Part shown: positions 23,175-32,378 of the stretch, one piece after another
Layout: each line of letters starts with the position of its first letter
Numbering within the stretch: position 1 is the first letter of the stretch
Origin: an uncultured Gammaproteobacteria bacterium
GTDB lineage: Bacteria > Patescibacteriota > Patescibacteriia > Patescibacteriales > JAKAJF01
DNA: 36,839 nucleotides
Assembly: GCA_964652175.1 (NCBI GenBank)
Contig: CAZZBC010000002.1
Span: forward strand, 1 to 36,839
Reading direction: 5' to 3'
Notes under the pieces: model-generated
The model's database searches: none
Seen by the model: the letters and a program-made list of their open reading frames with translations, nothing else
What the model was told of the DNA's origin: nothing
Position numbers and translations under genes: made by a program

Positions 23175-23462
23175 ATGCTAAATGAAAAATACCAAAAGCG
23201 GATTAAAAAAAGTATCGCTAAGCATCTTAAGAAAGGCGTTAAGGTTTTTATTTTTGGCTCCGCCGCCGAGTCTAAAAACTTTAACGATGTGGATATTGCC
23301 ATTATGAGCAAAAGAAAAGTTGACGAGTTAAAATTAAGTTTAATCAGGGAAGATCTGGAAAATTCCACATTTCCGTACAAAGTTGATATTATAGATTTAA
23401 ATAAAACCGAGAGAAAATTTCGGGAAAAGGTGCTAAAAGGGGAAATAATATGGCTTACTTAA
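23175..23462 (+). CDS. Minimal nucleotidyltransferase (MNT-type antitoxin)
   Basis: 95 aa with the GSAAES...NDVDIAI pattern (GS-x(n)-DxD) of the Pol-beta-fold minimal NTase. It overlaps the downstream HEPN gene by 13 nt. Confidence 0.7.
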   Translation: MLNEKYQKRIKKSIAKHLKKGVKVFIFGSAAESKNFNDVDIAIMSKRKVDELKLSLIREDLENSTFPYKVDIIDLNKTERKFREKVLKGEIIWLT

Positions 23463-23833
23463 GTGAAAAATTGGAGCAGTTGGGACAGGCGATAAATAAA
23501 TGGAAAGAATCGCTGGACGCCGAATTCAGCGAGTTAAACAGGGATGCGGCCATTCAAAGGTTTGAATTTACCTTTGAACTTTTTTGGAAAACGGTGAAGA
23601 TTTACCTTAAAGAAATGGAAAAAATAGAATGTTATTCGCCCAAATCATGCTTCAGGGAAGCGAGAAAACCGTTTCGCCTTGAGATAGATGAAATTGAAAC
23701 TTGCTTAAAAATGGCCGATGACCGCAATTTTTCCGTGCATACTTATTCGGAAAAGATGGCCAACGCTCTTTATAGAAAGCTGAAAAAATATTGGAAAATA
23801 ACCAATAAAATTTACCGTAAAATGAGCAGATGA
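23450..23833 (+). CDS. HEPN-domain protein (nucleotidyltransferase substrate-binding, HI0074-like toxin)
   Basis: IQRFEFTFELFWKTVKIYL motif and the Rx4H motif RNFSVH(TY). Confidence 0.78.
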   Translation: MAYLSEKLEQLGQAINKWKESLDAEFSELNRDAAIQRFEFTFELFWKTVKIYLKEMEKIECYSPKSCFREARKPFRLEIDEIETCLKMADDRNFSVHTYSEKMANALYRKLKKYWKITNKIYRKMSR

Positions 23834-25185
23834 AAGATTTTTTTCAATCTAAATCGTGGCTAACTGTTTTTTTAATGTATGCCGTTGCCATCGCCGCGGC
23901 CGCGGCGATTTTGACATTTGGCGACGCGGGTAAAGAAAAGATAGTTTTAGCTGGGACCGGAGATAATGTGAGCGGTTGGGCGTGGAATTCAAATATCGGC
24001 TGGATTAGCTTTAATTCAAAAGAATGCGATACGGACGATAACGGCTACATAGATTCGGGAAATTGCGGCGGTGATAACGCGACTACGCCGGCGTATAGTT
24101 ATGGCGTCAATATTGACGGCGGCACAGGCGATTTTTCCGGCTACGGCTGGAGCGCGAGCGTCGGCTGGATAGATTTCGCGCCAACGAGCGGTTTTCCGGG
24201 CTCGCCAAACACGGGAGTTCACTACGACAGCGCCACGGGCGACGTTACCGGTTGGGCAAAAATTTTATCCTTGGGCTCCGACGGCTGGATTAAAATGAGC
24301 GATGACAGCGTGGCGGTTTGGAACGGCAAGGGAGTTAAAATTGACGGCGCTAGCGGCGAATTTTCCGGCTACGCTTGGAATGGCGATGACAGCGGCGCCG
24401 GCATCGGCTGGATTAGTTTCAGTTGTTCCAATGATAATTCCTGCGCTACGGTAAGTTATAAAGTGAGCCGCGCCGTTTCAAGCGGCGCGCCTTCAGCCGT
24501 TAACTTAACCGCTCCCAATTGGAGCATATCACAGGCCTGTTCGCTTTACGCGCGCCAAGCGTTTTTGCGCTGGGAGTTTAGCGACCCTGACGTTGGCGCA
24601 ACACAGAGCGCTTACCAGGTGATGGTTGACGATACGAGTAATTTTTCTTCCCCGATTATTGATACAGGAAAAACAGCCGGCGCGGCGAACCAGCTTATGC
24701 TGGGCGAGGCGGAACTTTCTTACAACACGGCTTATTATTGGAAAGTAAAAGTTTGGGACGAGCATGACACCGCTTCCGCATGGGCGCAGTATAATTCGCC
24801 AACCGACACGGACAATGACGACGGCAATAATTTTACCTTTACCGCCTATAAGCACGAGATGCCGGACGTTAATTTTAGCTGGTCTCCGGCCAACCCCAAC
24901 ATAAACGAGGAAACTCAATTTACTGACGCGAGTCAAGTTTACCTTACGGCCGCTCCGGGCGTTGCCGTTGCCTGTGACGACGCCAATTGCGATTGGCTCT
25001 GGACTGCCGCCGGCGCCGTGATTGACAGTCCGGCCGCTTCCACCACTATTATTACTTTTAATGCCGGCGGTTCACAGTCAGTTACGTTGCGAGTTACCGA
25101 TGTTGACGGCTATTACTGCGAAAAAACTGAAAATATCAATGTTGGTTCGGAACTGCCGACGTGGAAAGAAGTGAAACCGCGGTAA
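23830..25185 (+). CDS. Signal-anchored surface protein: four GW repeats + FN3-like + PKD-like domains
   Basis: There are four repeats: SGWAWNSNIGWISF, SGYGWSASVGWIDF, TGWAKILSLGSDGWIKM and SGYAWNGDDSGAGIGWISF. An FN3-like module follows (QSAYQVMVDD...YYWKVKVWDE), then a PKD-like end (NFSWSP...VTLRVTDVDG). Its ATGA overlaps the HEPN stop. Confidence 0.6.
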   Translation: MKDFFQSKSWLTVFLMYAVAIAAAAAILTFGDAGKEKIVLAGTGDNVSGWAWNSNIGWISFNSKECDTDDNGYIDSGNCGGDNATTPAYSYGVNIDGGTGDFSGYGWSASVGWIDFAPTSGFPGSPNTGVHYDSATGDVTGWAKILSLGSDGWIKMSDDSVAVWNGKGVKIDGASGEFSGYAWNGDDSGAGIGWISFSCSNDNSCATVSYKVSRAVSSGAPSAVNLTAPNWSISQACSLYARQAFLRWEFSDPDVGATQSAYQVMVDDTSNFSSPIIDTGKTAGAANQLMLGEAELSYNTAYYWKVKVWDEHDTASAWAQYNSPTDTDNDDGNNFTFTAYKHEMPDVNFSWSPANPNINEETQFTDASQVYLTAAPGVAVACDDANCDWLWTAAGAVIDSPAASTTIITFNAGGSQSVTLRVTDVDGYYCEKTENINVGSELPTWKEVKPR

Positions 25186-25268
25186 TAGCTTGTTAGTCCC
25201 GATGTTTCGCAAAATGAAAATCGGGATTCCGACCGCAGGCGTCGGAACTTGTTAGTATTTTTAAGAAG

Positions 25269-25300
25269 TCCGGCGTCTTTAAGAGGTGCCGGATGTTTTT
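25269..25300 (+). terminator. Candidate terminator
   Basis: TCCGGC...GCCGGA stem with a 13-nt loop, followed by TGTTTTT. Confidence 0.45.
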
Positions 25301-25301
25301 G

Positions 25302-25320
25302 TTAGAAATTATGGTATAAT
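25302..25320 (+). promoter_or_regulatory. Second copy of the TTAGAAATTATGGTATAAT extended -10 promoter
   Basis: 19 of 19 nt identical to 13738-13756. The TATAAT ends 6 nt before ATG 25327. Confidence 0.55.
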
Positions 25321-25326
25321 AATAAC

Positions 25327-25875
25327 ATGTTTAGTGGTCAAAAAAATCAAAAATCTCAAAGGGGTTTTACGCTGATTGAACTGATAGTAAGCATATCCGT
25401 TATCGCCATGATGTCCGGTTTGTTTTTGGCCAATTATCATTCCGCGAACAAACGTTCGGAGTTGGCAAGCGCCGCCCAAAAAACGGCCAGTGACATCCGT
25501 TTGGCGCAGCAGTTCAGTTTGGGCGCCAATGAATTCAACGGCGCGCCTCCGGCCGGGGGATGGGGAATATATTTTGACGAATCTTCTCCGGATTCCTATA
25601 TTATTTTCGCCGATATTGATGAAAATCGCAATTATGACAGCGGCGAAGAACACGCGCGGGTAAATTTGCCCGTTGGCGTAAGCATAGAAGAAATAGAGGA
25701 CAGCGATACGGGAATTATTATCACCAACGCCTCTGTTGTTTTTTTGCCTCCCGATCCGATTACTTATATTAATAACTCCAGCGGCAATAATGTTTCCATA
25801 ACCTTAAAAGATGTTAATAATTCCGTAAAAACGGTAGAGGTTAATTTTTTGGGGTTGGTAGAAGTGGTTGACTAA
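25327..25875 (+). CDS. Prepilin-type (minor pilin/pseudopilin) protein
   Basis: MFSGQKNQKSQRG/FTLIELIVSISVIAMM is a class III signal with Glu at +5. Confidence 0.85.
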   Translation: MFSGQKNQKSQRGFTLIELIVSISVIAMMSGLFLANYHSANKRSELASAAQKTASDIRLAQQFSLGANEFNGAPPAGGWGIYFDESSPDSYIIFADIDENRNYDSGEEHARVNLPVGVSIEEIEDSDTGIIITNASVVFLPPDPITYINNSSGNNVSITLKDVNNSVKTVEVNFLGLVEVVD

Positions 25876-25893
25876 CATAATTCAAATCTACAA

Positions 25894-26418
25894 ATGAAAT
25901 TCAAATCTACAAATAAAGAGGGATTCACGCTTATAGAATTAACGGTGATTATTTTTATTATTTCCTTGGCGATGGTCGGCGTGTTGTCTTTGGTTATTCA
26001 AAATATCCAGGTTGAATATATCAACAAAAACACTTTAATCGCCTCGCAGTTGGCGCAGGAAGGGCTGGAATTGGTCAGAAATAAAAGGGATGCCAATTGG
26101 CTCGCGGCCGGCAACAACTGGAAAACAGGCACCAGCACCGATCCGAATACCAATATCGCGCAGGACGGAAATTACGCGATTGATTATTCAGGGGCCATTG
26201 ACGGAGCGGTTAATTCAATAGAAGAAAATGGAGCCAAGCTTAAAATTGACGACAACGGTTTTTATTGGCACGGCACGGGCGAGGCAAGCAATTTCAGCCG
26301 TTTGATTTCAGTTGTTGATTACGGAAATTATTTGGCGGCTTCTTCCACTGCGCGTTGGCGGGAGCGTGGCAATTATTACAATTATGCGGCCGAGACTATT
26401 TTATATGACTGGAAGTAA
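25894..26418 (+). CDS. Prepilin-type (minor pilin/pseudopilin) protein
   Basis: MKFKSTNKEG/FTLIELTVIIFIISLAMVG. Confidence 0.85.
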   Translation: MKFKSTNKEGFTLIELTVIIFIISLAMVGVLSLVIQNIQVEYINKNTLIASQLAQEGLELVRNKRDANWLAAGNNWKTGTSTDPNTNIAQDGNYAIDYSGAIDGAVNSIEENGAKLKIDDNGFYWHGTGEASNFSRLISVVDYGNYLAASSTARWRERGNYYNYAAETILYDWK

Positions 26419-26421
26419 GAG

Positions 26422-26488
26422 CTACGAAATTACGAAAAAATACGAAAGTACGAATTCGTAATTTCGTAAAAAATTCGCAATTTCGTAG
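26422..26488. repeat. Inverted-repeat element (CGAAAT family)
   Basis: CTACGAAATTACGAA...central GAATTC...TTCGCAATTTCGTAG. It is placed immediately after a stop codon. Confidence 0.7.
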
Positions 26489-26520
26489 AGAATTAATTGG
26501 TAAATAAAAGTTAAGCGTTT

Positions 26521-27093
26521 ATGTTTGATAAAATTTTAAAAAATAATAGCGGAACGACATTACTAGAATTGATGGTGGCGGTGGCTATTTTTGCCGTGGT
26601 TATGTTGGCGGCCATGGGGATATTTAGGGCGGTGGTTGACGGCCAGCGCAGCGCCGTGGCGGCGCAAAACACCCAGGAAAGCGTGCGTTATGCTTTGGAA
26701 ATGACGGCCAAGGAAATCAGGACGGCCCAGCCAAGCGACGGTTCATGTAAATCGGTTTTCAACCCCGAGCCGACTCCTCTTTTTCAGATTTTTAACACCG
26801 CCGATAACGGCGGCGCCTTGTATTTTAAAAATAAAAACGAGGATTGTGTTGGTTATTATTTGGAAAGCGGCCGTTTGAAAATTACGCGGGGAGCGGATGC
26901 GGGCTTTATAACGCCAGCCGCGGTTAAGATCAGCGGCTTGAAATTCAGCGTCAACGACGAAGACATGGGCGTTTCGCCGCGCGGGTCGCAGGCGGCGGTT
27001 ACTATGGAGACGGATATTGAGGCGATTGGCAAAGAAGCGCATAAACAAACGATGAAAATACAAACAACCGTTTCGTCGAGGTACTATGAATAG
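26521..27093 (+). CDS. Prepilin-type protein (PilW/GspJ-like minor pilin)
   Basis: MFDKILKNNSG/TTLLELMVAVAIFAVVMLAAMG. Confidence 0.8.
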   Translation: MFDKILKNNSGTTLLELMVAVAIFAVVMLAAMGIFRAVVDGQRSAVAAQNTQESVRYALEMTAKEIRTAQPSDGSCKSVFNPEPTPLFQIFNTADNGGALYFKNKNEDCVGYYLESGRLKITRGADAGFITPAAVKISGLKFSVNDEDMGVSPRGSQAAVTMETDIEAIGKEAHKQTMKIQTTVSSRYYE

Positions 27094-27098
27094 GTATA

Positions 27099-27803
27099 AT
27101 GCGAACATCGCGAATTTATATGCGAATACTGCAAATTGCGAATAATTTTAAAATCCCCCCAATCCCCTTTGTTAAAGGGGGTGAACGGGGCACGGCGCTT
27201 TTAATGACGTTGCTTATATTGTCGGGCATTTTGGTCGTAACTTTGGGAGCGGCAAGCTTGGTGGCGCAGGGAATTTTAATGGGCCGGACGCAGGCGCGGT
27301 CCACTAAAGCGTTTTTTGCCGCGGAAACGGGAGGAGAAAATGTTTTATGGGAAGTGAGAAAAAACGGCTACGTTCTGCCGGAACAAAATCAAGAGGATGT
27401 TTTCAACGGCGCTTTAAGCAACGGCGCCGTTTACTCCGTTGATTACGCGACCAGCAGCCCTTATGTGTATTTTACTTCCGACGGCTCTTACCGCCAGACC
27501 AGGCGCAGCGTGGAAATAGGGTTTGTCGGAGGCGTGGGAGGAGGAGCTCCTTGTGTTCCCGATTGCGCGAGCAAGCTATGCGGCGATAACGACGGTTGCG
27601 GCGGAACTTGTCCTGCCGATTGTTCGGCCGTTCCCGGCTGCCGCGATTTGGCTCCGTCCAATTCCGGCATCGTGTCCGGCAGCTGCTGCTCCGGCAATTG
27701 TTACCAATGCGACAGCGGCTATCAATGGGACGGGGCGGATTGCGTTTTATCTGTGTCCGGTTGCGTGTTCGGTTCCATAATATTTCCTTGCGCCCTTCAA
27801 TAA
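27099..27803 (+). CDS. PilX-like pilus-associated protein with Cys-rich C-terminal domain
   Basis: The hydrophobic segment GTALLMTLLILSGILVVTLGAASLV is followed by a pilX-N-like region. The C-terminus has CVPDCASKLCGDNDGCGGTCPADC and CCSGNCYQC. The first 35 codons are repeat-derived, and ATG 27204 is an alternative start. Confidence 0.6.
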   Translation: MRTSRIYMRILQIANNFKIPPIPFVKGGERGTALLMTLLILSGILVVTLGAASLVAQGILMGRTQARSTKAFFAAETGGENVLWEVRKNGYVLPEQNQEDVFNGALSNGAVYSVDYATSSPYVYFTSDGSYRQTRRSVEIGFVGGVGGGAPCVPDCASKLCGDNDGCGGTCPADCSAVPGCRDLAPSNSGIVSGSCCSGNCYQCDSGYQWDGADCVLSVSGCVFGSIIFPCALQ

Positions 27804-27842
27804 GGATATAATTTAATATAAAATAAAACTATTAAAAATTCT

Positions 27843-28910
27843 ATGAAAAAACCATCACAATCCAAAAAAGAAATGAGAAAACTGCGCGTAAAATTGGCGG
27901 CGGCTTTGTTTTTGCTTGCCGTCGCGGCAATAAGCGCCGCTTTTTTGCCTGCCGATTTTTTAAAACAAGGCGTTCTAGCGGCCTTAACAGGCAATTATAA
28001 CAAAGTGAACGGCGATTCGTTAACTGTCACTGATTGGAATAATTTGGATAACGACTTTATTAATGTCGGCACAAGCGGCCAAAACCAAACGATGCTGGGC
28101 GGGCTGGGGATAGGGGAAGGTTTTACAGTTGGTGGCAATTCCTCTTTTACTGGCAACGTCGGTATCGGCACGGCGAGTCCTGGGGAAAAATTGGATGTAA
28201 ATGGCGCAGGCAAGTTTAAACAGGGTTATTTTTCCGCGGTATCGGGAATTCCGTATGTTTGGCTTGGTTATAACGACGGAACAAGAGATTATGGCGTTTA
28301 TCAATGGCAAGCCGCGGGCACCGCTCCTGTTAATTATTTTCAAAATAACGTCGGTATCGGCACGGCGAATCCGGGAGCGAAATTGGAAGTTACCGGAGAC
28401 ATTAAATTATCAGGAGTATCGCCGACTTATAAAATAACCAATTTAATTTCTCCCACCGCCTCAACCGACGCGGCTACAAAAGGTTATGTGGACGCGGCGG
28501 CGGGAGGCGGGGCAACCTGGATGGGTTATACCGCCTCCGCTTATAACGGAAACATGGGCGGCACCAAGGGCATAAATAATTATTGCAACAGCAATTATTC
28601 GGGGAGCCACGCTTGCACTTGGGATGAGATAATAAGATTGGGAAATTCGTATCCATGGTCGTATGAGGCTTGGGTGGTGGATGGAACCAGAGATGTTGAA
28701 TTTGTAAATAGCGGCGTCGGCGACGGCGTTGCTTTTGGTAAAGACGGCCGCGTTATACGAGATGGCGCCGGCACTGATGCCCGCACTTCCACTAATTGTT
28801 TTGGTTGGTCTAATTCTGAATCCGGTCGAAACGGTCCCATAGTTTTGACCAGCGGTTATATGTCTGCCGGCGATTGTTTTTCCACATATAGAGCGCCATG
28901 TTGCAAATAG
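27843..28910 (+). CDS. Signal-anchored tail-fibre-like protein with Cys-containing C-terminal (DUF1554/lectin-like) domain
   Basis: N-terminal anchor. The LGGLGIGEGFTVGGNSSFTGNVGIGTASPGEKLDV block is shared with 18398-20155. An ATKGYVDAA motif is typical of phage fibres. The C-terminus reads YNGNMGGTKGINNYCNSNYSGSHACTWDE...PCCK. Confidence 0.65.
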   Translation: MKKPSQSKKEMRKLRVKLAAALFLLAVAAISAAFLPADFLKQGVLAALTGNYNKVNGDSLTVTDWNNLDNDFINVGTSGQNQTMLGGLGIGEGFTVGGNSSFTGNVGIGTASPGEKLDVNGAGKFKQGYFSAVSGIPYVWLGYNDGTRDYGVYQWQAAGTAPVNYFQNNVGIGTANPGAKLEVTGDIKLSGVSPTYKITNLISPTASTDAATKGYVDAAAGGGATWMGYTASAYNGNMGGTKGINNYCNSNYSGSHACTWDEIIRLGNSYPWSYEAWVVDGTRDVEFVNSGVGDGVAFGKDGRVIRDGAGTDARTSTNCFGWSNSESGRNGPIVLTSGYMSAGDCFSTYRAPCCK

Positions 28911-28927
28911 TTTAGAGAAGTTAACTC

Positions 28928-31664
<2,737 letters not shown>

Positions 31665-31783
31665 AATAGAAAATAGAAAAACGAAAAATAAAAATTCAAA
31701 ATTGTGTTTAATAAATTTTATAATTATGCGTTATATTTTTTAGTTTTAAATTTTATTTTTACTTTTTCTATTTTAGTTTTTAA
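31665..31783. repeat. AT-rich inverted-repeat element between ligA and gatC
   Basis: AATAGAAAATAGAAAAACGAAAAATAAAAATT ... ACTTTTTCTATTTTAGTTTTTAATT. The arms are complementary. Confidence 0.65.
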
Positions 31784-31786
31784 TTT

Positions 31787-32080
31787 ATGCAATTATCCAA
31801 AGAACAAATACAACACATTGCCAATCTCGCGCGGCTGGAATTGACGAACGAAGAATTGGAGAAGTACGGCGGGCAATTGTCGGCCGTTTTGGATTATATT
31901 GACCAGCTAAAAGAAGTGGACGTTAGCGGCGCGGAGCCGACGGCGCAGGTGACCGGATTGCAAAATATTTTTCGCGAGGATAAGGTTGAAAATTGGAATG
32001 AAGAGGAAATTGAGGCGGCGTTGCGCGACGCGCCGGCGCGCGAGCATCGGTTTATAAAAGTGAAGAGAGTGATTGAATAG
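31787..32080 (+). CDS. gatC: Glu/Asp-tRNA amidotransferase subunit C
   Basis: 97 aa. The N-terminus (IQHIANLARLELTNEELEKYGGQLSAVLDYIDQL) is the canonical GatC pattern. Confidence 0.9.
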   Translation: MQLSKEQIQHIANLARLELTNEELEKYGGQLSAVLDYIDQLKEVDVSGAEPTAQVTGLQNIFREDKVENWNEEEIEAALRDAPAREHRFIKVKRVIE

Positions 32081-32147
32081 CTCCCACAAATCAACTAACT
32101 CCTAGCGAATTAACAAATATAACAATGAATGCAACGAATTAACTTAT

Positions 32148-32284
32148 TGTCATGCCGGGCTCCCGTTCGCTTCGCCTTGCCTACTCACAACTTTTCGTCC
32201 GTCAATAGAGCTCGCGCGCGGTAAATAGCGATTATCTATTGAAATGTGGCGAAGCAAGGCGGGCGGGTGACCCGGCATCCAGGG
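32148..32284 (-). mobile_element. About 137-nt MITE-like element in the gatC-gatA spacer (inverse orientation relative to the copy inside gatA)
   Basis: Its reverse complement begins CCCTGGATGCCGGGTCACCCGCCCGCCTTGCTTCGCC and ends GGCGAAGCGAACGGGAGCCCGGCATGACAA. These ends match those of 33172-33311, but the cores differ. Confidence 0.75.
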
Positions 32285-32378
32285 TAAGTCAGTAGGTTTG
32301 TTGATATTAAGGTTAGTTTTTAAGATAAAACGTTCGTATCGTTCCCATGGATCCCGGCTCTGCGGCCGGGATGATAAA

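Noticed and set aside
32298-32378. The longer gatA ORF in the track, starting at 32298.
   Set aside because: The extra 27 codons (MLILRLVFKIKRSYRSHGSRLCGRDDK) are translated from the palindromic element at 32346-32378 and spacer sequence. The canonical GatA N-terminus begins at ATG 32379.
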